Notes under the pieces: model-generated
Databases searched by the model: none
The model's input: the letters and a program-made list of their open reading frames with translations, nothing else
What the model was told of the DNA's origin: nothing
Shown here: positions 27,752 to 36,663 of the stretch, piece by piece
Numbering within the stretch: the first letter of the stretch is position 1
Layout: each line of letters begins with the position of its first letter
IMG/VR virus record: IMGVR_UViG_3300042319_002138
Span: 1 to 64,000 of that record
Direction: 5' to 3' (one strand)
Length of the DNA stretch: 64,000 nt
Translations under genes and position numbers: made by a program

Positions 27752-29551
27752 ATGGGATATTTATTAAAATCTGGAGAGGTTGGTAATATCGGATTAAAGC
27801 ACCAAAAAGCTATCCGTGAGGCAACTGTAAACAAATGGAATGACCTTGGGTTCTTAGAAGGACTTACAGGACATGTACGTGAGAATATGGCTTTGTTGTA
27901 TGAAAACCAAGCATCTGTTCTTATCAATGAGACTGACACATCGGGTGGTGCATCTACTGGTTCTTTTGAAACTGTAGTTTTCCCTATCGTAAGACGTGTA
28001 TTCTCTAAATTATTAGCTAACGACATCGTGTCTGTACAAGCGTTGAACTTACCTATCGGTAAATTGTTCTACTTTGTACCTAAGATTTCTGAAAGAATCG
28101 AAGCTACTGAAGGTGAAAGCACAGTTTATAAGCACGGTGAACCAATCGTTACACCTTGTCTTTCTGTAGATAACGCAACTTGTCCTGAGACTACATATGT
28201 AGAATGTGCTAAAAATCTTTACGATAGATTTTACAATGATGGTTTATATGACCAATCAAAAGGTAAAATCACTTTAGTTGTTACTAACGGTGTACCAGTT
28301 ATTTGGACATCTTGTACAACAGGTAACGAATTTACAGATGGTGTATCAGCTTTTGCTGGTGACGGTTCTGTTAGAACTCAAATCCTTGAATTAACAGGAT
28401 TTAACAATAATGGTCAAGGTAGACTTTTAGGTCCTGATGGAAATGAAATGGATACTGAGGCTTTCTTAGCTTCTTTAGCTGTTACTGTCGGTGGTGGTAG
28501 TCTTAAAGATAAAGATGGTGAAGTTATTTACGCTCCAGGTGATGAAGTTCCTGTAAGAGTTGTAACACAAAGATATGGTAAAGGTATTGTTAATTATGGT
28601 GATATTTGTACTGGTGAAGGTATTATGTATCTTGAAGTAGATTTAACTCACCCTAAGTGTATTACTTGTTCATCAGGTACATTTGATGGTTATATCGGAG
28701 CTCAATCTGGTAATACATCTATCGTACCTGGAGTTGGTGTATCTACATTAGGTGGTGTTAGTTTTGTTATCACTTATAGACAATACGCTGACTTAGAAAT
28801 GGAATCTCAAATGGGTGAAGTTTCTTTCGAATTAGATTCTGTAACGGTATCTGTAACTGAAAGAAAACTAAGAGCTACTTGGACTCCTGAATTAGCACAA
28901 GATGTTAGTGCATTCCACAACATCGACGCTGAAGCTGAATTGACAGCATTACTTTCTGAGCAAGTTGCGGCAGAAATTGACCGTGAAATCTTACGTGACT
29001 TACGTACAGGTGCAGCATGGCAATTACGTTGGGATTACAACGGATGGAAGAGACTACCTAACAACAACGGTTACACTCAAAAAGACTGGAACCAAACGTT
29101 AGTAACAGCTATCAACCAAATCTCAGCACAAATTCACAAAGCTACATTGAGAGGTGGAGCTAACTTCGTAGTTGTATCTTCTGAAGTATCTGCTGTTTTT
29201 GATGATTTAGAATACTTCCACGTATCTAACGCTTCTCCTGAGCAAGACCAATATAACATGGGTATCGAAAGAGTAGGTTCACTTTCAGGAAGATATACTA
29301 TCTACCGTGACCCTTACGCACCAGCATACTCTGTATTGATTGGACACAAAGGAAAATCATTGTTAGACACAGGTTACATCTACGCACCGTATGTACCTCT
29401 ACAATTAACACCTACAATGTACAATCCGTTTAACTTTGTACCTGTTAAAGGTATCATGACTCGTTACGCCAAAAAAATGGTGAACAACAGGTTTTACGGC
29501 CATATCCGTGTAGACGGTTTACGTACATTTGACGTAAGAGAATTAAGATAA
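27752..29551 (+). CDS. gp23: Major capsid protein (T4 gp23-like)
   Basis: LLYENQ, PIVRRVF, RKLRATWTPELAQD..AFHNIDAEAEL, GYIYAPYVPL, GIMTRY. Confidence 0.95.
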   Translation: MGYLLKSGEVGNIGLKHQKAIREATVNKWNDLGFLEGLTGHVRENMALLYENQASVLINETDTSGGASTGSFETVVFPIVRRVFSKLLANDIVSVQALNLPIGKLFYFVPKISERIEATEGESTVYKHGEPIVTPCLSVDNATCPETTYVECAKNLYDRFYNDGLYDQSKGKITLVVTNGVPVIWTSCTTGNEFTDGVSAFAGDGSVRTQILELTGFNNNGQGRLLGPDGNEMDTEAFLASLAVTVGGGSLKDKDGEVIYAPGDEVPVRVVTQRYGKGIVNYGDICTGEGIMYLEVDLTHPKCITCSSGTFDGYIGAQSGNTSIVPGVGVSTLGGVSFVITYRQYADLEMESQMGEVSFELDSVTVSVTERKLRATWTPELAQDVSAFHNIDAEAELTALLSEQVAAEIDREILRDLRTGAAWQLRWDYNGWKRLPNNNGYTQKDWNQTLVTAINQISAQIHKATLRGGANFVVVSSEVSAVFDDLEYFHVSNASPEQDQYNMGIERVGSLSGRYTIYRDPYAPAYSVLIGHKGKSLLDTGYIYAPYVPLQLTPTMYNPFNFVPVKGIMTRYAKKMVNNRFYGHIRVDGLRTFDVRELR

Positions 29552-29574
29552 TAAATTCTTAAAACTATAATACT

Positions 29575-29603
29575 AAGAGGGACTTCGGTCCCTCTTTTTT
29601 TTT
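29575..29603 (+). terminator. Strong intrinsic terminator after MCP
   Basis: agagggac-ttcg-gtccctct with cUUCGg tetraloop and T-run. Confidence 0.9.
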
Positions 29604-29646
29604 GTATTATTTACAATAATATATTTTATGGGTATATTTATATTAT

Positions 29647-30345
29647 ATGGGAAAAAAGAAAATTGAAATACCTGAAGATGTTTTATCAGAAATGATAAGA
29701 TTATATAATGAAGACTATATTGGTACACCTTCATTATCTGATAGATTTGGTTATCATAAATCTATTATTTTAAGAAGTTTTAAAGATAAAGGTGTACAAC
29801 TAGGTCCATCTGGCCGTAAATGGACTGGTGGTAAAGAAGAGGCAGCTAAAAAATATCACTCTAAACCTGAAGTTAAAAAAAGAAAAAGTGATAACCACAA
29901 AATATGGTCAGAAAAAAACCGTGAACATCTACGAGAATACCACACCAAATGGAGAGAAGAAAATCGTGAAGACTTAAATGAGTACAAACGTATCTACGAA
30001 AAAACAAAAAAAGATTCCGACCCATCATATCGATTGGCATGTTATACAAGAACAGCTGTTTACACTTGTTTAAAAGAAAGAGATGTAACAAAATATAAAA
30101 GTACTTTTGATTTATTACCTTATTCTTTGGAGGAATTAATCACCCATTTGGAATCCCAATTTAAAGAAGATATGACATGGGATAACTATGGTGAGTGGCA
30201 TGTTGACCATATTAAACCTATGACTTCATTTAATATCCAATCACCTGAAGATAAATCTTTTCAAGAGTGTTGGTCGTTAAATAATTTACAACCTCTATGG
30301 GGTGTGGAAAATCTTTCCAAAGGTTCAAGATATTTATTAATATGA
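29647..30345 (+). CDS. Free-standing HNH (homing) endonuclease
   Basis: WHVDHIKP...NLQPLW..ENLSK, basic helical N-terminal region. Confidence 0.8.
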   Translation: MGKKKIEIPEDVLSEMIRLYNEDYIGTPSLSDRFGYHKSIILRSFKDKGVQLGPSGRKWTGGKEEAAKKYHSKPEVKKRKSDNHKIWSEKNREHLREYHTKWREENREDLNEYKRIYEKTKKDSDPSYRLACYTRTAVYTCLKERDVTKYKSTFDLLPYSLEELITHLESQFKEDMTWDNYGEWHVDHIKPMTSFNIQSPEDKSFQECWSLNNLQPLWGVENLSKGSRYLLI

Positions 30346-30689
30346 ATCTACGTAAGATTATAAAAGAAGAGATTAATGATTTTGATTGGATTCCCAAAAA
30401 AAGTATTATAACCAATGAGTTTGATTTTGATGGGGAGTTAAATACTGACGAGGCTAATCAAAATTTTAAGAATGAAGTTAATGGGTATTATGCTATTTCA
30501 ACACCAAAGGGTAAGGAATCTCCTGAAACAATAATAGCTTATGGACCTGTATTCTATATAAAACAAGTTTTAAGATATATTGATAGTTTAAACGACCCTT
30601 ATTGGGGTGGCATGGATTTATATCTTGGGGTTGTTAAATACTCTAGGAAAGATAAAGATAACGTATTATCTTTAATAAAATATTATTAA
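30342..30689 (+). CDS. Hypothetical protein with RKIIKEE..DFDW leader
   Basis: Start reassigned to ATG 30342 (ATGA overlap with the HNH stop). Confidence 0.7.
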   Translation: MNLRKIIKEEINDFDWIPKKSIITNEFDFDGELNTDEANQNFKNEVNGYYAISTPKGKESPETIIAYGPVFYIKQVLRYIDSLNDPYWGGMDLYLGVVKYSRKDKDNVLSLIKYY

Positions 30690-30690
30690 T

Positions 30691-31335
30691 ATGAATCTTA
30701 AAAAAATCATAAAAGAAGAGGTTGACGAATTTGATTGGGCTCGTGAAATAGAACCAAAATGGGAACCCCAAGTCGGTGATAAATTTATTTGTAAACATGG
30801 TTTTAATAGGAATAGTATGTCAGATTATTATGGGGGTGCCGCATATGTGGAAGGAAAAGTCTATACTATATATAGAATTACACCCGACATTCATAATGAT
30901 GATAATGTCATATTATGGGGTAAAGAAGATGAAGATAACAACGGTGTTTATAAAAGAGCCACTGAACTTTATTTTGAATCTCTAAGTGAATCTAAAGAAG
31001 ATGATTTTGAATGGGCTAGAGGTGAGGTTATTTTTACAATTAATGATATTATTGGTAAAAAATGTACTTATAGAGAAAATAATTTAGTAGACCTAGAACA
31101 AGAGTATGAAATCTCCCAACTTAAAAGAGGTGACGTTGATTTGGGTCCCATTAGATATAATGATAAGTATTCTTATTGGGTGGTGACTAGATTAGAAGGT
31201 GATGATGCTTTTATTAATTTAGCTGATGGTACTGAATTAGATTATAAAATAGAAGAAATAGAACAATACGTTAATTTAGGTGTATGGGTTTTATTTGATG
31301 ATAATGGTAATATTTTAAACGATTTTTATAAATAA
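30691..31335 (+). CDS. Two-domain hypothetical protein, each domain preceded by a DF[DE]WAR motif
   Basis: MNLKKIIKEEVDEFDWARE ... LSESKEDDFEWARG. Confidence 0.7.
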   Translation: MNLKKIIKEEVDEFDWAREIEPKWEPQVGDKFICKHGFNRNSMSDYYGGAAYVEGKVYTIYRITPDIHNDDNVILWGKEDEDNNGVYKRATELYFESLSESKEDDFEWARGEVIFTINDIIGKKCTYRENNLVDLEQEYEISQLKRGDVDLGPIRYNDKYSYWVVTRLEGDDAFINLADGTELDYKIEEIEQYVNLGVWVLFDDNGNILNDFYK

Positions 31336-31338
31336 TAC

Positions 31339-31370
31339 AAAAAAGGGAACTTCTCAGTCCCCCTTATTTT
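31339..31370. terminator. Imperfect terminator-like hairpin
   Basis: aaaaaagggaac-ttctca-gtcccccttatttt. Confidence 0.5.
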
Positions 31371-31380
31371 GTGATAGATA

Positions 31381-31492
31381 GGTATTATTCTTTAATACCT
31401 TTTTTGGTTGCCGCCTCTTTGTTTGTAGGGCCGTTCTCCAATTTGTCATTGATAATGGTCATAATCTCACTTCCAACCAAACTATAAACTTT
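31381..31492 (-). pseudogene. Orphan copy of the last 35 codons of the 33402..34142 gene (direct repeat with 33398-33509)
   Basis: 112 bp with 7 mismatches; encodes KVYSLVGSEIMTIINDKLENGPTNKEAATKKGIKE*. Confidence 0.9.
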
Positions 31493-31557
31493 ATTTACGT
31501 TTTTCTTAGGGACAACACATATTTATATATAAATAATATTTTTTAAAAAATAAAAAA

Positions 31558-31974
31558 ATGGCAGAAGAAATGCAAGAAATACAAGATGTATGTTTATGTT
31601 TTGAGGGAGATAAAGCACAAACACGAGTTGGTGGTGAATGGTTTGTTACGGCAGCGGATGTTAGTTTTTCTGGTTCCGTTCAGAGTGGTAAAATTCAATT
31701 TACTGGTGAACAATCAATGTCTGTAAAGGACAAGCCTGAATTTAATTTGGCTGTTAAACCTGGTGGGTACGAAAATGAGCTTATTAAATACCCTGGTAGT
31801 GTTTTAGACACACCAGATAAATTACCTTTACCTGTTGAAATTAGACAGTTAACACCACAACAAAAAGTAGATGTTATTAAACGAAATGCTAGAAGAATAA
31901 AAGATAATTTCCAACGAACTTTACAAAACCGTTTTGGTAGCCAAACATCAGTAATTAATAACACAAATACTTAA
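31558..31974 (+). CDS. Hypothetical protein (cassette gene 1)
   Basis: 138 aa; behind ATATTTAT at 31519. Confidence 0.7.
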   Translation: MAEEMQEIQDVCLCFEGDKAQTRVGGEWFVTAADVSFSGSVQSGKIQFTGEQSMSVKDKPEFNLAVKPGGYENELIKYPGSVLDTPDKLPLPVEIRQLTPQQKVDVIKRNARRIKDNFQRTLQNRFGSQTSVINNTNT

Positions 31975-31976
31975 TT

Positions 31977-32453
31977 ATGGCAGTAGAAACAATAAAAGAA
32001 AAGATAAAAATAGGTCAATTATTAGATAAAAATAATAAACCTATTGAAATAAGTTCAAATTTTGAGAATGTAGTTTTAACCTTTAATGGGGTTAAAGTAA
32101 TCAAAGAAAAAACTACTTACAGTGAGATTGTAAAAGCGACCACAGATAAAGATGGTTTTATATACCTTAATAACGAAGATGAAATTAAAAAAGTTAGTGA
32201 GGTGTTAAAAAAAGAAACAGTAACTTTTAATACATCAAGTATTTTTGGTTATGAGGATAGTATAAATATAGTGACTAAAGAAAATTTTGATTCAAAAAAT
32301 TTAAAAATTGTTTTAACAATTAAATCTTATACACCCGAAGAAAAGGTTGATTTAATAATTAAAAACGCTAAAGCACTAAAAGAAAAAGTAGTAAAAGCTT
32401 TAGAGACACGTTTTAAACCGTCATTAGGGGAAGCAACACAAGCAACTCAATAA
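31977..32453 (+). CDS. Hypothetical protein (cassette gene 2; C-terminus similar to gene 1)
   Basis: TPEEKVDLIIKNA...LETRF versus TPQQKVDVIKRNA...LQNRF. Confidence 0.7.
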   Translation: MAVETIKEKIKIGQLLDKNNKPIEISSNFENVVLTFNGVKVIKEKTTYSEIVKATTDKDGFIYLNNEDEIKKVSEVLKKETVTFNTSSIFGYEDSINIVTKENFDSKNLKIVLTIKSYTPEEKVDLIIKNAKALKEKVVKALETRFKPSLGEATQATQ

Positions 32454-32498
32454 TTTTTAAAAACAATAAAAAATAATAATTTAATAAAATAAAAAAAA

Positions 32499-33341
32499 AT
32501 GAACTTTTATAAAAATACTAAACAATTTTACGCACTAGTCGGTAATAATGTTGCTGGTAACAGTAATCTAACTATAGATGAATTTTTAAACCAATTAGAA
32601 AATAAATATTCTAATGCTGGTTTAATCTTTAATTATTTAATAGATAGGGGTGTAAATGGTAATCTTCAAATTAAAGCATTATTAGCTAGACCTGAATATT
32701 TTTCTTTTATAGATAAATCTTTGACGTTGGCTAGTGCTACAGATACTACTGATTTTTACCAAAAGGTAGTTGAAGTCAATTCTCTTTACACAGAAGAAAA
32801 TAAGTTTTCACTTTTAGCAAACGATGTTGAAGCTTTTGGTTATAGTGGTGGGACTTATGTATACACAACTTTATTAGAATCAAAAGAATCTGCTTTAATC
32901 CAAGATACTATTGCATTTAGTGGTGACGTTGCTGTTAAAAGTTACAGGTTAGTTGGTAGTGCATATTTAGATGACAGTACCGGATTTTATGTTTTACCTT
33001 TAGGTTTAATTACTATAGAAGGTGATTATATTGGGGCCAGTCTTTCTTCTGGTAAAAACACTGTGTCAGCACAAGACACACTTTTTGATAACGTTGTAAC
33101 ACCTTTAGCTCCTGGTTGTTTTGTTACTGACTCATCTAGTGGTGATTTTGAAGTGGCTCCTATTGCTTTCATATTTGCTGATAATACCTCTTTAGGTCCA
33201 AATGATTATGAGTTATACCTAGTAGTTGCGTCAATTAGTTTCTCTATTGGTAGTACGGTTGTGACTATTGACCAAGAATTTACTATTTCAACATTAACAA
33301 AAGATTTTAGTAACGTTAAAGCTAATTTTATTAATATATAA
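32499..33341 (+). CDS. Hypothetical protein (cassette gene 3)
   Basis: 280-aa ORF. Confidence 0.7.
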   Translation: MNFYKNTKQFYALVGNNVAGNSNLTIDEFLNQLENKYSNAGLIFNYLIDRGVNGNLQIKALLARPEYFSFIDKSLTLASATDTTDFYQKVVEVNSLYTEENKFSLLANDVEAFGYSGGTYVYTTLLESKESALIQDTIAFSGDVAVKSYRLVGSAYLDDSTGFYVLPLGLITIEGDYIGASLSSGKNTVSAQDTLFDNVVTPLAPGCFVTDSSSGDFEVAPIAFIFADNTSLGPNDYELYLVVASISFSIGSTVVTIDQEFTISTLTKDFSNVKANFINI

Positions 33342-33364
33342 TTTAATATTATTTAATTAAAAAT

Positions 33365-33397
33365 AAAAAAGGGACTTATAAAAAGTCCCTTTTTTTT
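33365..33397. terminator. Bidirectional intrinsic terminator
   Basis: aaaaaagggactt-ataaa-aagtcccttttttt. Confidence 0.8.
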
Positions 33398-33401
33398 GGT
33401 A

Positions 33402-34142
33402 TCATTCTTTAATACCTTTTTTAGATGCGGCCTCTTTGTTGGTAGGTCCGTTCTCCAATTTGTCATTGATAATGGTCATAATCTCACTTCCGACCAAACT
33501 ATAAACTTTCATGGCGTTGCTAACGTTCATTTGTGTGTCAACAACATCCCACAATGTAATACCGTCTTGTTTGTTACGGTCATTGTGAAATGCTACTTTT
33601 GAGAAAATGTTATTACGAGCTTCACTATCTTTGACATTTTTATCAATCAAATACACTAGAACACCGTTCTCAGTATATTGTTTGAAGTATCTACCGTAGT
33701 TTTGGTCTTCACTTGCCACACACCACTTAGTTGCTTTACCATAAAGGTTTGAACTACGTGTTGAAAGTGGGAATATAACCAACCAACGGTCATCTTCATA
33801 AAGAACTTCGGTTTCTTTTTTCTTAACCTCAGAACGAGTTATTTTTTCTTTAGCCGTTTTTACAGCTTCGATAATATCTTGATTTGATTCGTAAGAATAG
33901 ATATCTTTATTATCCAGTAAATTACGTTGTGAAAGGTCCTCAAAATCTTTGATTACCTCAAACATTTCTTTAAATGTTTCATTACGTAATTCATTATTAA
34001 TCCAGTCTACCCATTCAGCGGTACATTTAATCATGAATGGTAGGTACTTGTTGGACTTACTTGGGTCCATTGAAGACAAAACCTCGATAACGTCTACTAC
34101 GTAACTTGGATTTTGTACTTTTAAATCTTTAACTCTTGCCAT
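33402..34142 (-). CDS. Hypothetical phage protein with YGxxTKWC motif
   Basis: 246-aa ORF behind a host-type promoter; likely an early gene. Confidence 0.7.
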   Translation of the reverse strand: MARVKDLKVQNPSYVVDVIEVLSSMDPSKSNKYLPFMIKCTAEWVDWINNELRNETFKEMFEVIKDFEDLSQRNLLDNKDIYSYESNQDIIEAVKTAKEKITRSEVKKKETEVLYEDDRWLVIFPLSTRSSNLYGKATKWCVASEDQNYGRYFKQYTENGVLVYLIDKNVKDSEARNNIFSKVAFHNDRNKQDGITLWDVVDTQMNVSNAMKVYSLVGSEIMTIINDKLENGPTNKEAASKKGIKE

Positions 34143-34176
34143 ATAAATTGTTTTTTTTTCTTAAACGTTAACACTA

Positions 34177-34208
34177 CAAATATAAGTATCTTTTTTTAAT
34201 CAATCAAA
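34177..34208 (-). promoter_or_regulatory. Bacteroidota sigma-A consensus promoter (-33/-7)
   Basis: Minus strand TTTG-N20-TATATTTG, exact match to TTTG...TAnnTTTG. Confidence 0.7.
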
Positions 34209-34261
34209 GGGTAAACCTAAAATTTTTCTTTTTTCTGGGATATTTATATAAAAACATTAAA

Positions 34262-34690
34262 ATGAAAAAAATAATCAAACTTAACGAGCAAGATTTAGAG
34301 AGGTTAGTTAAAAAAGTTATTGCTGAAGAAGAGAATTCTTCACAAGGTAAAACTCCTGAAAAGAAGACAACAATGACAAAACACCCAGCTTATAGTGTTA
34401 TTGATAAATTAGGTAGAGATTTGGAATCTTTAAAAACAGAATTTAAAGATGGTATCGCTGATGCTGTTTCTGGTTCTGACGGTTATCATAGTGAAATAGA
34501 TACATTTTCTAGTGACTTTACAAAATTCATTGGTAAACTTGAGGATTTAAAGAAAAAAATTAATGATTACCAAGTTATTGATAATGCCAGACATAAAGAA
34601 ATGAAAGAAAAACAAAAACAACAGGATAAGTACCAACAGCATATGAGGGTAAGAGAAGCCGGAAGAAATGGTTCAAATTATTCTTACTAA
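34262..34690 (+). CDS. Hypothetical protein with KKIIKLNEQDL leader
   Basis: 142 aa; behind ATATTTAT at 34240. Confidence 0.7.
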   Translation: MKKIIKLNEQDLERLVKKVIAEEENSSQGKTPEKKTTMTKHPAYSVIDKLGRDLESLKTEFKDGIADAVSGSDGYHSEIDTFSSDFTKFIGKLEDLKKKINDYQVIDNARHKEMKEKQKQQDKYQQHMRVREAGRNGSNYSY

Positions 34691-35082
34691 TGAAAAGACG
34701 AGATAAACTAAAAGTAATTCAGGAAGCTAATCAAAGATTGGAAGAAAAGTTTTTAAATGAAAAAGCTATAGGTTTTCAAACTGCTGGTGATAATAGAGAT
34801 AAGGACACAAATTCAGAAAGAGGTAAATTAGGATTTAAACCATCTAAAGACCTTGAAGATAAAATCATTAGTTTAATGATTAAATTAAAAGCTATGGCTG
34901 AAAAAGGTGAATCTGGTGAAAAAGATACCGCTATGAAAAAACTTAATGACTTAGCTAAAAAATACGGGATAAGTACAAAAAACCTTGGTGAAAAAAGTTC
35001 TAAGGTTGGGTTTAAATTCTCTTGGGAAAATGGTGACTATGACATAGAGGATATCACTAAAGAAGTTAATAAATTAAATTAA
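34690..35082 (+). CDS. Hypothetical protein with DUF2786-like segment
   Basis: KLKAMAEKG..GEKDTAMKKLNDLAKKYGI. Confidence 0.55.
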   Translation: MKRRDKLKVIQEANQRLEEKFLNEKAIGFQTAGDNRDKDTNSERGKLGFKPSKDLEDKIISLMIKLKAMAEKGESGEKDTAMKKLNDLAKKYGISTKNLGEKSSKVGFKFSWENGDYDIEDITKEVNKLN

Positions 35083-35083
35083 T

Positions 35084-35115
35084 AAAAAAAAGGTCTGATT
35101 TCTCAGACCTTTTTT
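35084..35115. terminator. Bidirectional intrinsic terminator
   Basis: aaaaaaggtctga-tttc-tcagacctttttt. Confidence 0.85.
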
Positions 35116-35117
35116 AT

Positions 35118-36620
35118 TTAACACCAATCTTTTTCAGAAACAATTTCAAATTGTATGATATCGTGGTAAGTTCTAATTTCACTACCTGATTCTAATTTAA
35201 ACTCTAAATAATAATCATTAGGTATAAACCAAGAAGTATCAATTAAAAAGAAGTTACTATCTTCAGTTCTATTTAATTCACCCCAAGGAAGATATTCTAT
35301 TTGTGTTTCACCTTCTTTAATGTATATTCTATAATACATTTTATCAACAGGTTTATAATCAGATGTATAAGGTATTGTAGCCTGAACCTCAACTCTTCTA
35401 GTATCACCACGTTTTATTTTTTCTTTACGTTGTATTCCATTAAAAGAAAAATGATAGTCATATATTGATATGTTTTTACCATTACCAACGCCTCTACCAC
35501 TTCTATCATTAGAACCAATATTATAATAAGAATTTTTTTCTTGAATAATGAAGTCTAACTCAATATCACCTACGTTATTACCGTTTATAGTTACATTTTC
35601 CCAAACATCTCTAAACTGAACATTACCACAGTAACCATTAACAGGGTCACTAGATACGTTTAATTCAACATAATAAACACCTGTAGTTGTTTGTTTTATA
35701 TCTATAGCCGGTATTATCTGATATACGTTATCATTTTGGTCGTATATACTAACAGAATCTATGGTAGCGTTAACTCTTTCACCACCAGCATTAACAAATA
35801 GATAAAGTCTGTTTGTTTTATCTAAATAAAATTCACATCTATCATCTTTTATTAAATCATTATATACACTCTCCATAAAAGGTTCATAAACTGTTTGGGT
35901 TTCTCTAGAGAAAAATCCTACATAACAAAAAGATTCTTGTGGAGCTGATTCTAAACCTGGTGAAAAAGCTACACCCATTGTACAAGCAGTAACACTATTT
36001 AAAATTAAACCATTAACATAGTTAGTAACGTCTACACAAAAGTTTTCATTTCCCTTATCAAAGTGTTGTTCACCTTTAACTAAGTTGGTTGTTGTTCCTG
36101 TGTATCCTGTTGATGAACCTGGCCACCACATAGTAGGGTCTATATAAACACCTTGTTGGTACCAAGATGTAAACCCTACACGTTCAACCCAGTTTGCTGG
36201 TGATTCACAATATACTTGGTCACCCGTATCACAAGTTAGGTAAGTTGTTGGTACATAATCATATCCATTACCCTCATCCCAAAATTCAGGTACTTCAAAA
36301 AGTATTAAATCAAAACTTGTAGCTCTAGATACTTCACCACAAGAACTTGAAACTGTTTTACAATACAATTCCCTGTCAAAACAAGATGTATTTGTTAAAT
36401 TAATTTTATGTGTTAGATTAGATAAATTATACTCACCACTCGCAACTTTAGATATTAATTCAGTCAAATCCAAATTAAAAATATATCTAGTATAAATTAA
36501 GTCATTTACATTATTAGACCCCCCATGAAATAACTCTACTATTGGGTTTCTGCCTGTATTGACACAAGAATTTCTTATAATTACAGTATCTTTATCAAAG
36601 TAAGTTCTGTATATACTCAT
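35118..36620 (-). CDS. Cys-rich structural protein (tail/baseplate candidate)
   Basis: 500 aa, beta-rich, behind the late motif; 12 Cys counted. Confidence 0.55.
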   Translation of the reverse strand: MSIYRTYFDKDTVIIRNSCVNTGRNPIVELFHGGSNNVNDLIYTRYIFNLDLTELISKVASGEYNLSNLTHKINLTNTSCFDRELYCKTVSSSCGEVSRATSFDLILFEVPEFWDEGNGYDYVPTTYLTCDTGDQVYCESPANWVERVGFTSWYQQGVYIDPTMWWPGSSTGYTGTTTNLVKGEQHFDKGNENFCVDVTNYVNGLILNSVTACTMGVAFSPGLESAPQESFCYVGFFSRETQTVYEPFMESVYNDLIKDDRCEFYLDKTNRLYLFVNAGGERVNATIDSVSIYDQNDNVYQIIPAIDIKQTTTGVYYVELNVSSDPVNGYCGNVQFRDVWENVTINGNNVGDIELDFIIQEKNSYYNIGSNDRSGRGVGNGKNISIYDYHFSFNGIQRKEKIKRGDTRRVEVQATIPYTSDYKPVDKMYYRIYIKEGETQIEYLPWGELNRTEDSNFFLIDTSWFIPNDYYLEFKLESGSEIRTYHDIIQFEIVSEKDWC

Positions 36621-36663
36621 TAGTTTTTATTTACTAATAAATATCTAAAAAAAAGATATAATT

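Noticed and set aside
31381-33509. 112-bp repeat as a diversity-generating retroelement TR/VR pair
   Set aside because: Mismatches are not adenine-specific on either strand (they include a C/G change), are mostly synonymous, and no reverse transcriptase is present in the window.
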